Shown here: in pieces, positions 1 through 11,884 of the stretch
How positions within the stretch are numbered: the stretch's first letter is position 1
How the letters are laid out: each line of letters begins with the position of its first letter
DNA from: Callorhinchus milii
Taxonomy: Eukaryota
Assembly (NCBI RefSeq): GCF_018977255.1
Contig: NW_024704752.1
Coordinates: forward strand, 6,076,001-6,140,000
DNA: 64,000 bases
Direction: 5' to 3'
The notes under the pieces: generated by a model
Told to the model about the DNA's origin: nothing
Database searches by the model: none
What the model saw: only the letters and a program-made list of their open reading frames with translations
Made by a program: the position numbers and the translations under genes

Positions 1-274
1 CAATTCCAGGCAGAGGGCGAAACCTTGGGCAAGTTTCCTTAATCCACACAGAGCCTAATAATAATCCCTCCAAAAAAACAAAACAATAATAAATTGGTAA
101 TTTTCAATCTATGACTGTTTGTGGGACATTTCTGTGCGCAATTGGCTGCCGCGTTCGCCCACAAATATACAGTCAATTCACTTTACAGTGTGTTCTGTGA
201 AGCGCTTTGGGACGTCCTCCCGACGTGAAAAGCACTATATCAAATGCAAGGATTATTATTATTAATATTATTAT
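1..274 (+). mobile_element. SINE family A (tRNA head/CORE-like/Deu-like/L2 tail), young short subfamily, 5' end cut by window edge
   Basis: Near-identical to 47129-47399. Ends in GCGCTTTGGGACGTCCTCCCGACGTGAAAAGC stem-loop and (ATT)n tail. Confidence 0.95.
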
Positions 275-1514
275 AAACGCTTTGAATCCAGGTTAGTTTA
301 CAGATTACCAAAGTCTACGTGGAATGCAGGCTCTTTATAATCAATTGGCGAAAAATATCAAATGCAAGGATTATTATTATTATTATTATTATCATCTTTA
401 TCTGAACAACCCTCCTCCTCGTGTTGCGACGACCAGAACAATGTCATACTCCAGGTGCAGCATTGACTGGGTCGAGTGTGACTTTTGAATTTTCTAAGGG
501 GTGGCGGGGAAATTGAGAGCACTATATTAAATTGAACATTGCTTATAATGCAAAACTGCAATGCAGTGGGTGCAGCAAATATTTTATCTGTGTCTTTTGT
601 GTTGGGGAACAACAAAACAAAGTTGCAAACACAAAGAACAAACAAACTGTTCTTAATTTAGCCTGACCATGTGTGCAGAGCTCCTCATAAAAGCATTTTA
701 CATGAAAGAATAATTATACTCCGTGTGCCCTAATTGAAGATTAAGGAGCATACCTGTGTCTTACGATGAAAAAAGGCTACTTTTATCCAATCAAACTTAG
801 ATTAAAGTAACTGTTGCACACTTCACCCAAGAGGAAGCAAAGTTATTGTAGTGGATCAAAAAAAGAAAGGAATTTCTGTCCTTAACACCACTTTTCAAAT
901 TGAGTAAGATGTAATTATAGGGACATTGTGTATTATGTGTTTGGATAGGCTTACTAGGAGATCCTTTCAAGTAGTATCAGTTCAAAAATTCTCATTCTAC
1001 CAACATTCATAAAATACTTTATCAATCTCCGAACAATTAATTATTTAAAGACACATTAAAATGAAGCCTGTTTTTACTTTAGCTACAAAAAAAAGGCTTA
1101 AATGGATGCCAGAAGGTTTCACATTCCACTTTACATTTTTTGGATTTATCTTAAAATTTTTCATGATCTTATCCATTCGCTTTTGATTTACAATATTACT
1201 GGGTCAGTAAAACTGCATCAAATAAAGTTCATTATTCCACCACATGGAAAACATTTTTTGCTTGTAGCCACACCAGCAATACACCCAGAAACTCAGTCAG
1301 TCCTTTTGAAGTGAAGCCTGGGTACGCATCTGTACAAACACTGTAGAATAGAACAATAAACTCTCATGGAAACATTTTTCTACGGCTCTGGCTCCAAATA
1401 CAAAATCGTTGAATAAAATTGTTCACTGAATTTTCCAAACGTCCCTTTAAACACGGCAATAAAGATGCCTGGGTATTGAGGAAATTGTTTCTCTGGCTTA
1501 TTAAAAGGAATGAG

Positions 1515-1887
1515 GTGACCTAGGTCACAACGCCTATAGTAGTTTTATATTCCCTGAAAGAGCGATTGGCATCCAACTCTACTAGGTCAGTGGTTTCTGT
1601 CTGACACTCATTAGGCAATGTCCAATGCTGGCAGTCTCAATAAAAAGTGATGGGAAGAATTTACTGTTGTTTTTTTTCTAAATTGCCAGAAGCGAAACAC
1701 TGTTGATCACTTAAGATTCTTTTTGTATGCTGCTTTTACTGGAGCATCTCAGTGACCGAGGGGACCTGATGCCCAAAGCGACATTACTCACCCTGATAGA
1801 ACGATAGGCATCTATGATGCCTACTGGATCACTGCTCCTGTCTGGCACTCATCAGGCGGTGTCAGTGGCTCACAGCTGGATAAAAAA
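1515..1887. repeat. Diverged direct duplication, ~130-bp units (1515-1646 and 1752-1887)
   Basis: Colinear blocks GTGACC..CCCTGA.AGA.CGAT.GGCATC..CTACT..CTGTCTG.CACTCAT.AGGC..ATAAAAA are present in both copies. Confidence 0.7.
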
Positions 1888-2516
1888 CTTGCACCCAGGG
1901 CAAATCTGTAAACACTAACTTCATCTGCATGGAAAAAAGTTACTATAACGCCCTCTGACAGCAAAGGCCTTTAGGATACGTCGCAACAGAAAGATTAGCT
2001 TCAGTTCCTCGCAACCACTGTCAGGTTTAGACGTAGAACCATTATAGATGTCACAAACCTGCCATAAGAGTCTAATTTTCAATTCCTTTTTTTAGCACTG
2101 CTGTTAGTCCATGCGTTAAAGTTATTGGGCATAAACTCAGGCCAGATGTTGCGATATTGGGCTATAGTATTATACAAGAATAGTGAAAGAGCGAACTGTT
2201 TTTTCCCCCCCACATAAAATGCTTACTACAACCATGTCAACAGATTGTGCTCTTTGTTTCCTAGTTAGGTAAAATTAATCTTGGTCTTGCATCATGGTCT
2301 GGTAGAGAAAGGTGGGTAAAACTGCTCCTGAAATGCTCACCAATGCTTGGTGTAATATCATGGTAAAGTACTGGTGTGTGCAAGCCACGTTCCAATGGCA
2401 AGACTCACACAGGAGAAGATCACTAACAGCGGGAATGTTTGTACACAATATAAAGGATAACGAAGTTGAAGAGTGTGTTATAGTGCGAATTATACGTTAT
2501 TCTTACAAACTTGCGG

Positions 2517-2580
2517 TATCAGCCTGATTCAGTTGGTAATATTCTCATCTCTGTGTCAGAAGGCTATGGATTCAAGGCTG
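2517..2580 (+). mobile_element. SINE family B head fragment
   Basis: TCAGCCTGATTCAGTTGGTAATATTCTCATCTCTGTGTCAGAAGG matches the head at 6517, 8231 and 25824(-). Confidence 0.75.
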
Positions 2581-3149
2581 TTGATCTACCTGGACAACCA
2601 GCAGGAATCTTACTAGAGTAAGCTTTAGATGGGTTAAATTCCAGGAGTGGATTTTCTTGGTGACTGGAACGGGAGACTCGTAAGCACAGTAAGCGGTTTG
2701 TGTGCGTGTCAGATCCCTGACTACCAAAAATAATTACTTTAAAGTTGTTTCTTCAGGTTTCACATCAGAATGGCAGGGTTTTCAAAGCAGCTTCTGCAGT
2801 GCTGTTGTTACATTACGAGTCTGCCAGTATTGAAAAGCAGTCAAATTATCCTGAACCATTCTCCCAGTTGGATCTCCTGTTTGCTTGACATCACACGAGG
2901 AGCATGGCATTGTCAGACGCATCACATGTGCACAAACTCTTTGGAAGTTTGTATTCTTGAATCCCCCTATCAAAATAATAGTACTGGAAACAGGGGAAAA
3001 AGGCCAGTGTCAAAATGACCAAATATTCAGGGAGCATCGCCTTGACTCTGCCGCCGTTAATCTCCGTAGCAACAATGGCGAAAATGTACTTTTAAAACTT
3101 TTCATCGTGGAATCAAAGAAATTTGCAGCACAGAAGCCCACTGAGTCTG

Positions 3150-3300
3150 CACAAGCTTTCTGTTCAACACCATTGTCCTGTCCCCATACCTCCTTTAAGC
3201 CTTTATCTTTCATCTACCTGTACACTTTCCTCTTTAAACCCGCCATGGGGTCTGCCTCTGGCACCTTACTTGGCAGTGGGTTCCACGTCATGCTCCACAT
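3150..3300 (-). mobile_element. CR1 LINE 3' fragment
   Basis: Similar to the minus-strand CR1 3' pieces at 31910-32050 and 58050-58160 (..CTCTTTAAA..TGCCTC..TGGCAGTGGGTTCCAC). Confidence 0.55.
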
Positions 3301-3687
3301 GGTGTGCAAAGCATCTGATGTCATTGCTTCGCCGCATATGCAATGTCATTTGTTTTGCACATTATTGCGCCACTTCTGCAGCACGGAGCCAATGAAAGGG
3401 CAGCGGCATCTCGAATTGCGCAGCTGAGTTGTCATCGCTCCCGCGAAACGGAAACCGTAACAGCAACACACGGCATCTCATGTTCATTGCACCTACTTTA
3501 ACGTAATAACTGTATTACATTGTTCGTACGGCAACAAGCCTCAGGGTACATAGTGAGAAGATTTGTGAAGCATTAATGGTGATTTTGAGGGAGTTAATAA
3601 CTGGGTTTGTTCAGCAGAATGAAACACACAAATGCAATTCTCATATTCCATAATGGCAACCATGCTGCACCCTGCGATCACAGACCT

Positions 3688-4040
3688 ATAATAATAATAA
3701 TCCTTGCATTTGATATAGCGCCTTTCCATGTTGTTGAGACAACATGATAAGGTGCACGTATATTGTAAAGTGTATATACTGTGAATACTGTGTAGTCCTG
3801 TTGCAGTCAATTGTGCACAGCAGCGTCCCACAACCAGTTATGGAGCGACTGACCAAATTTATCTTTGGGGGGAGGGGTTATTAACCGCATAAAGTAATCC
3901 ACCAATTGACTAACAACCCGGCTCCTACTTACTGGCACGTACACAGGGGAGCGTGGAGTAAGGAAATTTATCTAAGCTTTCGCCCTGCCCGAGAATCGAA
4001 CCAGGGTTCTCTTGCTTGCGAGGCGAGCTCGCTAACTACT
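3688..4040 (-). mobile_element. SINE family A, near full length, older long subfamily
   Basis: (AAT)n-CCTTGCATTTGATATAGCGC tail, Deu-like body, CORE-like segment and tRNA-like head on the minus strand. Confidence 0.9.
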
Positions 4041-4256
4041 ATTAGCCTCAATGATTGGAATACGAACAGAATACTGAATTAAGCTCAGCTGATTTGCTGC
4101 AATACAGATGCATGAGGAACTGGGCTTAAACATTCAGGAAACAACGTAACAGCATTTACAATAATTGTGTTGTGCTCAGACAGAATAGGCAAAAAAACAC
4201 AGCCCAAATTGTAACATCTTAAACACAAAACGGTATTCAGATCTTATAACACAAAT

Positions 4257-4482
4257 TTGTTTGGCGGATCGCTTTCTCGGGGTAATAAAATAATCCCTTA
4301 AAAAAAATGTGGTCACTCAACCTACGAATGTTTGTGGGACACTGCTGTGCAAAATTGGCTTCTGCCATTTCCCCACAAAATACCCAGTCAATTCACTTTA
4401 CAGTATATTCTGTGAAGCAGTTTGAGACATCTCAATGATGTGATAACGCGCTATATCAAATGCAAGGATTATTATTATTATT
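4257..4482 (+). mobile_element. SINE family A, 5'-truncated
   Basis: TTGGCGGATCGC..TGTTTGTGGGACAC..CAAATGCAAGGATTATTATT. Confidence 0.9.
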
Positions 4483-5244
4483 AATAAATTGTTTTACACA
4501 CTTGTGTTCTGCTCTTGCTGTTTGGAAGGATGAATTTTTATATTTTCCGCTGTTTCTCTCTCAATTGGAGCAGCTCCCTGTTATTTGGGATGGGTAGGCT
4601 GGGCCGGGCTGCCCCTACCTGCCAGTGGGACTTTGCAGCCAGAAGAAACTGATGTCGTTAGACTGTTGGACTCTGCACCCACGGTCTGGGATCTGTCAAT
4701 CTCTGTTGCTCGTTCCCATATATAATGGCTCGGGCTTGCATGGTTCAGCTGGCTTTAGCCAAAATGGAACGTCTCAGCCATTGAGTGAGCGGCCCGAAGG
4801 CATGAACTGACAGGGTAGTATTTTCAGAATTAATTTACTAAAGTGATGTTGCTGGTCTTTCCAGAGTGGTCAACCCTGTGGGATGCCGTGAGCTCAAGTC
4901 ACAGTTCCCAGAATGCACTGATCGTTCTCTCAGATCCAGCCGACTGAGTGACACATTACTCTCCGACCCGATGGCATCACATGGGCTTTAAGGCTTAAGC
5001 ATAATTAATTATGTCCTTACTTTGCCCCCTCTTCGCCCCCTCCCAATAAATATGCAGTGCAGAATCGAATGATCTGATTTAGTGCAGTGCAATTGTGAGT
5101 GATCTTTTCTCCTTCATAATGCACAAAACAGCCTGCTGTATTCATTCCAAGAGTTTTAGGAATTTAATTATTTGCTTTCAGGTTCAGAGATTGTAAGATG
5201 TTGAAGGATGGAAAACAGCCTCCCCCTCCTCCTCCACAGATCAG

Positions 5245-5545
5245 AAGTCACAGGTTCAATTCCTGGCCTGGACTGAGTTGACTTCTGAATCAGGGCTGAG
5301 TTGTCTAATTGGCCTTTCGGTTAAGAAAGGAAAAACACAAATCAAGTGATCCGGCTCTTGATGGCTATGCAAAGACCCCCTACTTGTAAAGTGTAAGCGT
5401 GTGTGTACACATGTGGAAATATGATCAGAATAGGATCAAGCTTGGCCCTTTACAGTTGAATATCCTGTCGACACTAACTGTTTTGGGCTCATATAAGAAG
5501 AACGAATGCTTTGTTGAGGCACTGGACAGCTGCTGGCACCCTTAC
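5245..5545 (+). mobile_element. Third, older SINE-like family (unassigned)
   Basis: B-box-like GGTTCAATTCC at the start. Body GACACTAACTGTTTTGGGCTCATA recurs in degraded form at 13719-13780(+) and 44765-44805(-). Confidence 0.55.
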
Positions 5546-5569
5546 CTCCACAAGAGTTAGCGGAATCTT

Positions 5570-5730
5570 CAGAAGAGGACAACAGAGGAGAGGAAAGACA
5601 ACAGGAGAGAAAAGGAAATGAGAGAGGAAAAGAGGATAGAGGAAAAAAGTGGAGAGAAAGAGGAGAGGTGAAGAAAGAGGTGTGAGAAGAGGGAAATAAA
5701 ATTGCCAATAAAAAAGGAAAGGTGGAAGGC
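5570..5730 (+). repeat. Purine-rich (GA) low-complexity tract
   Basis: About 160 bp made almost entirely of A/G. Confidence 0.85.
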
Positions 5731-5877
5731 AAGTGTAATTCAATAAATGGCCCTATTTTAAGCTCTGCTGTCATTAAAAAAAGAACTGAATAATAATCCT
5801 TGCATTTCACATGCCGCCTATAACGTCATTGCAATATCTCAAAGCGCTTCACTTAATTCACGAGTTTGATACTGAGT

Positions 5878-6080
5878 CGTTGAGAAAGGGGAGGTGACCG
5901 TAGGGTAAAGAGGGGGCGAGGCGGAGGGATTGAGGCAGGGAGTTCCAGAGGTTCGAGGTATAGTGGCTGAGTACATAGTCTCCACAGTGGAACAGAGGGT
6001 TTAGGAGATGTTCAAAAGACGTGAAACGGCCGAGTGAAGGGAGTGGGTGGAAGATTGGGGTGTGAGCAGGTTGGTGCAGG
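5878..6080 (-). mobile_element. L2 LINE 3' fragment
   Basis: GGCGAGGCGGAGGGATTGAGG..GAGTTCCAGAGG is the reverse complement of the L2 C-terminal LWNSLP..LRLA coding region seen at 41215-41250. Confidence 0.8.
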
Positions 6081-6149
6081 TGTGAGTCTGAGTTTTTTAT
6101 ATAACAAATTACAGAATTTACTTAATGTGCTAATTTCATAAAACGTTAC

Positions 6150-6176
6150 CTCTCTTCATCTAGAGGCTGGGTGGCC
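6150..6176 (-). other. Candidate 27-nt microexon (phase 2-2, peptide ATQPLDEE)
   Basis: Minus strand reads gttgtatttttcag|GGCCACCCAGCCTCTAGATGAAGAGAG|gtaacg. Only one frame is open and the host gene is not recognised. Confidence 0.3.
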
Positions 6177-6516
6177 CTGAAAAATACAACTAGTTTCCAT
6201 AAGTATATTCTTGGAGCTTGTAGGAGTGCATTGCAGTTACTTAATGCTTTCTAAAGGCTGTGCTATTGTCTCATAAGCTAATGCTGTGGTTAAAGCATTC
6301 AGAGAACAAATATTATTACTGACAATAAGAAGTCTGTCGTATAACAACAGTGGATAATGTAGCAGGGTTGCTCACACACCAGCTCTGTGAACAAGTTAAT
6401 TTCCACATTTGAAAAGGAAAGGCCAGCTGGTTAATACACATTATACAAAGGAATACAAACAGCATATGTAACGCGTATTCCTTTAGTGAAGGCACAACCA
6501 ACACATTTCTAGCTGC

Positions 6517-6770
6517 AGTCAGCCTGGCTCAGTTGGTAGTACTCTCGCCTCTGAGTCAGAAGATTGTGGATTCAAAACCCATATCAGGACTTTGAACTCA
6601 CAGTCTAGTCTGATACTCCAATGTGGTGTTGAGGAGGCACTGCATTGTTGGAGGTAACGTCTTTTATTCAATGTTAATCCGAGTTCCCGTCTATATATTC
6701 AGGTGGATGTTAAAGATCCTATGGTAGTACTGAAAAATTCAAGGGAGTTTCTCCTGGTGTCCTTACCAAT
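6517..6770 (+). mobile_element. SINE family B (tRNA head + Deu domain, SacSINE1-like)
   Basis: A-box TGGCTCAGTTGG, B-box-like GGATTCAAAACC, Deu block GGATGTTAAAGATCCTATGG..GGGAGTTTCTCCTGGTGTCC. Confidence 0.88.
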
Positions 6771-6774
6771 AATG

Positions 6775-7030
6775 CCTTCAGCCTTTCTGCCCCCACTCTC
6801 TGGAACTTCATCCCGGAGCCCATCCACCTCACGCCTTCCCTTGCCTCCTTCAAGGCCCATTTCAAGGCATCTCAAAACCTTCCTTTTTTCCACCGTGCCT
6901 TTGGTCATCTTTGCTTCTCCACCTTGCCCTCCACCCCTCTCTGATCTCAACCCGTAGCTTTAGTGCAAACCCCTCATTGTTCAACACCTTAGGATATGAA
7001 AGGCACTGTATAAATGCAATTTGTTGATGT
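6775..7030 (+). mobile_element. L2 LINE 3' end
   Basis: GCCTTCAGCC..CTCTGGAAC..CTCAAAACCTTCC..AAAGGCACTGTATAAATGCAATTTGTTG tail. Confidence 0.85.
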
Positions 7031-7409
7031 TATATCAAATGTAACGGTTATCATTATTAATAAAATAGTAAACTTCCAGCACCAGTACACTGATCTGTCA
7101 CTGACCTGTCTCATCCAACTTCTGAAGATTCCTTCAACACATCTATCTCAACATCTAATAACCCTGAATCCTTCTCATTTTCAGAAATGTGTCCGCTTAC
7201 ATTTTAAAATCCTTTGTACTGTACGTTAGTTTCTAGTGCCGATATTTTGTTCCACACGCTTAGCACACTTTTTGCTAAAACAAAGTCTCCTGCACTTCCT
7301 GTTCCCTTGTGTTGTGCTTATTTTCAAGCCATGGACCCTTGTTCCCGAAAAATAATTGTTTGTATAAAACGACTGTTTAATTGTGTCCATTTCCAGATAG
7401 ACAATCTTA

Positions 7410-7535
7410 CAGTCATTGAGTGTTTACAGCCACAAAATACACAGTTACTGCATTTTAGAGTATATTCTGTGAAGTGCTTTGAGATGTCTCAACAACGTGA
7501 TAAGGAAATATACCAAATGCAAGGATTATTACTAT
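7410..7535 (+). mobile_element. SINE 3' fragment
   Basis: Shared tail GTGAAGTGCTTTGAGATGTCTC..CAAATGCAAGGATTATT. Confidence 0.85.
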
Positions 7536-8230
7536 TCCTAGAATTATTACGCTGTGGTACTTTGGTCCTGCTAGTTAATTCTCTTGCCTGCTGCTGTGGA
7601 TTTAGTTGGGATCAGTTGGATTCCAATTCCCCACTGGGAAGTCCTCTGCATTTCCATCAGTCTCTTTACTTTATGCTTACTGTCAATCCAGAGCCTCCCT
7701 TTATCTTCTGCCCGACAAACACCATTTGGGTCCTCTAGCTCCAAAACAACAGCATAATCCTTCAAATACAAACAAGCCTGCTCTGAAATTCAGGATGAGC
7801 AGCGAGGCCTTCGTTGTGCAGGTGAAATATTTACTTTGTGTTGTTCTTTTGCTAATCTTGGAATCACAGCAGGAGAATCAAACCTTCAAAATGAAGCAAT
7901 GTAGCAGATCAGCTAATGCTAACAACAAACTTTAAGCTAACTTTTTTGAACTGCATTCTTTGGTGATGTTTCCTTTGTTGTAACAATGCGTCCTTGAACA
8001 CTATTTTAAGTCATCAGCCGTACCTTGAAAGGTGTTTAAGTGCTCTGAGTCACTACCCCACATGAAGGGCGCTATATAAATGCAAGTTGTTGTCTTCTGA
8101 GTGTTTCTTCTATTTTGAAGAAGGGACCCTGCTCTCTTTTCCAAAGAACCACCTTTTGTTGCAGATTTGTAACAACTTTTTCTGCTCAAAGTTGTGAGTC
8201 TCCATCCAGAGGGTGTTCATGGCTTGGAGA

Positions 8231-8822
8231 TGTCAGCCTAGGCTCGGTTCAGTTGTTAGCACTCTTGCTTTTGAGTCGGGAGATTGTAAGTTCAAGCCCC
8301 ACGTCAGAATTTTGAGCTTACAGTATAGGTTAACATTCGAATGTTGCCTTGTTGAACAACAACTTGCATTGTGCGTTCGCCCACAAATATACAGTCAATT
8401 CACTTTACAGTGTGTTCTGTGAAGCGCTTTGGGACGTCCTCCCGACGTGAAAAGCGCTATATCAAATGCAAGGATTATTATTATTATTATTATTATTTAT
8501 GTAGCTCTCTTCACATGGGATAGAGCATCTGAGCATTCGAAAATGCTATGCTTTGGATGAGACGGTTAACTGAGGCCCTGTTTACCTATTCAGATGGACG
8601 TTACAGATCTCTTGCGTTCTGGCCAACAACCCCCCCATATAAAATTGGGTTGTGTACTTCATGGCTATTTGTGACCGAAGGCTGTGAACAAATTGGCTAT
8701 GGCAATTTGCCTACAAAATAGTCTCTACACTTTACAGTGAATCCTATGAAGTGCTTTGAAACATCTCAGCAATGTGATAAGGCACTATATCAAATGTAAG
8801 GATTATTACTATTATTATTATT
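8231..8822 (+). mobile_element. Triple nest: family B SINE containing an L2 tail (-, 8355-8538), itself split by a young family A 3' piece (+, 8371-8497)
   Basis: Head 8231-8345. AACAACAACTTGCATT|insert|TATGTAGC rejoins the L2 tail. The Deu body resumes at ~8545. Confidence 0.85.
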
Positions 8823-9610
8823 CCCGAGAGTAATCAACTCTATTGTGGAGTTGTGTCAGGTCCAGTATGATTTTCACCACACTATTAATACAGACAAAAA
8901 CAAACTCATTCAACAATAACCAACGAAAAGGATTTATTAATTATATCATTAACAACCAGTCCTTTTCATTTATTGTTAATTACAAAATTAAAGGCGTCTA
9001 TAATTCCTTCTGCTCAAATGGCACAAAATGTGTTTACACATGGTTTGGCACATAGTTCAAATAGAGCCCAATGCTAAACAGAAACATTATATAAATTAAC
9101 CATTGTATTTGTAATTGAGTAATGAATGCAATCTGGTCATGCATCTCATTTTTAAAGGGTGGCTGGGAAGTTTGGTCTTGCAAAAATGTTGCTGTTGAGT
9201 AATAATGGTAATAATCCTTGAGACTTCTCAAGCCACTTCACAGAATATATTGTAAAGTGGCTTGATTTATGTATTTGAGGACAAAAAGCATTCAACGCTT
9301 TGCCATTGATTAAAACCGACTGCATTAAAAACTGCATTATTCCAGTATTGTACAGATTGAAGGCTTCTTGTTTTTGCCTGAGTAACAACCGAATGTAAAG
9401 TCAGATGTACAAGCACTCCAAAACGATAGGGGGAAGAGAAAGGCAGACTCAGCCACAAATTGTCCCAACCAGCTTGGATTGGAACAAAATCCTGGTTGTT
9501 GCATTTTATAATCATTTTAAAATCGACTCTGAGATGGATTTGGGGACATTGTAGAGGACATTGGCCTCTGCTTGACATGAGTGGGGTCACAGAGCATGAA
9601 GATTTTTTTA

Positions 9611-9825
9611 CAACAACAGCTTGCATTTATATAGCGATGCTCACCCATGGGTAGCATCCCAGAGTGCTTGACAATGGCAGAGTACACCGCAGAACTGAGG
9701 GTAGTGGGGAGAGGAAGGTCTTCAGGTATGACATGAAGATGGAGAAGGAGGGAACGAGGAGGAGGGATAAGAGGAAGCATGTTCCAGAGTTTCAGGGCGT
9801 AATGCCTGAAAGCACGGCCACCGAT
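9611..9825 (-). mobile_element. L2 LINE 3' fragment with (GTT)n tail
   Basis: CAACAACAGCTTGCATTTATATAGCG..GGGTAGCATCCCAGAGTGCT followed by L2 C-terminal sequence. Confidence 0.8.
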
Positions 9826-10489
9826 GGTTTATTGGCTGCTGCTTCGTTTTCATTCAAATGAACTCAGGGAAACAAAGCGAAGATCCAACAAATGGCAACA
9901 TCTCCGCTTTAAAAAAAGCACAGGCTGCGGTTCCACATTGGGAACGAGGGAATTCTCTTCCCATCGGTTGTGCTCAAAGAGGTTTTTGGCATGGTATGAG
10001 ACTTTTGAAACATCAACACGAACAAATGTTTCCCACTGGCTCTTAAATTCCACTGGGTCTCCCCTAATTATCGAGAAGCGGTCTTGGCAAATTCAGCTAC
10101 GTGTGCAGTTTTCAAAACAATTCTCTCCAATTCTTTACACCTGTTTTATCTCTGCATATATTAACCCCCGAGCATTGCATAGTCAGTCCCAGCACATGCA
10201 GACATGCATTACTGACTCTAGCTTCAAGATGTTTGACAATGCCCCCCACTGGATGAAGATGAGAAAACAACATAGTCAACCCAGAGGGATAGTCTGTTAC
10301 CCTAGGCTGACATTTCTTGTCCAAACAGAGGCTTGTGTCTTCCATCGTTATCATCTGATATCAGGCTGTGCCAGACTTGTCTGAGTTCTTAAAGGTGGCC
10401 TTGGAGAGCCAACAAAGATGGGAGCTATACTGCAATGGTGGTTCCCAAGACCACCACTGTCCTTACTGATAAGCTACAACATGTTTATC

Positions 10490-10729
10490 GGGCGTAGTGT
10501 TTAGAGCACTCACCTTGCAAACGAGAGGACCTGGGTTCGACTCCCAGGTGGGGCGAAACCTTAGGCAAGTTGCCTTGCTCCATCGTCTCTGTTTATCTAG
10601 CAGTGAGTAGAAACTGAGTGCGTTAGTCAATTGGTGGATTGCTTTTCCAGGGGTAATAATCCTTTCAAAAAAAAATATATGTATATTTAGTCACTCAATC
10701 CATGACTATTTGTGCGATGCTGGTGCGCA
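10490..10729 (+). mobile_element. SINE family A, 3'-truncated, long subfamily
   Basis: tRNA-like head with GGTTCGACTCC B-box and CCTTAGGCAAGT CORE-like segment. Confidence 0.88.
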
Positions 10730-10912
10730 GTGAGATGTCTTTGAGTCAGTTGTCCAGGGAATTTGGGGAGCCTGGTTAGCACGAAACGTCATACAAAACC
10801 TTCTTATTCATTGAATGAAAGCATTTTCCATTCCAAAAGACAGCATCATTCTCTGAATGTTCCCATAGGGATTTATATCTCAGCAATTCATTTCCGATAT
10901 GCTGCTGGTCTT

Positions 10913-11250
10913 AATAATAATAATAATCCTTGCATTTGATACAGAGTCTTATCACGTCGCTGTCACGTCTCAAAATACTTAACAGGATATTCACAGTGAT
11001 TTGATTGTGTATTTTGTGGGTGAAACTTAATTGTGCATCAGTGTCCCACAAACAGTGGTGGATTGAGTGACCAAATTTATTTATTTATTTCCACCAAGTT
11101 TTACATACCACCAACAATACTGTGCTCCCCCAGCACTGAAATGGGGTGTCAGCCTAGACTGGGACCTCAAGTTTCAACACAGGGGTTTGAATCCACAACC
11201 ATCTGACCCCAAAGAAAGAGAATACTACTAATTGAACCCAGTTGATATCC
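10913..11250 (-). mobile_element. SINE A 3' half joined to a family B head
   Basis: Tail at 10913. GTCAGCCTAGACT..TTGAATCCACAACCATCTGAC head at 11145-11250. Confidence 0.8.
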
Positions 11251-11884
11251 TTAAGGCTAAGGTCACAGACAGGCAGGCAGGCAGACAGACAGACACACAC
11301 ACAAACACACAAATCTCATCGCATATCGGAAAAATAATACCACCATAATCCAATTATGCTCTTGATGAAATACATTTTAAAAATTAAAAATAAACACTTA
11401 TGAAAATAGAGTCCTTTTGTCCCTAGGCTTCTGTGCTGCTTCATCCCTTAATGGTTTAAATTCCTAAATATAGAACAATTGATACCAGAAAACGAGATAC
11501 AAAGCTGTAATTAATCAGGGGTTGAGATTACATCCTGATCCCTGGGAGGAAAGATCAAGCGGTTAAGGAACATCATCTCAACTCTGAGATTACGTCACAG
11601 CCTCTACCTTACACTGTGGCTTCTATTATTAGACAAAGAATAGTGATCAAATTGCAAAAATTACAATACTTATTGATTCAGGTGAAAATTTGGGAATGTG
11701 GCATTTTTCAGACTGCTCCAGAATGTCCGGCAGAATGGAACAATATAAAAAGGATCTCCTGCAAACTTATCAAACAAATAGCATCCAGTAGATTGCAGAG
11801 TAATTCCATACACATATATGATTTAGAGGAACGGATGATTGGGAGTATACTACAAGGTGTGACATAATAGCAGAAGAATCTTCC

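Noticed and set aside
2885-3427. 180-aa ORF (and the 186-aa ORF at 9824, 174-aa ORF at 7214)
   Set aside because: No recognisable domain. The 2885 and 7214 frames run through CR1/SINE remnants, and all three are consistent with chance.
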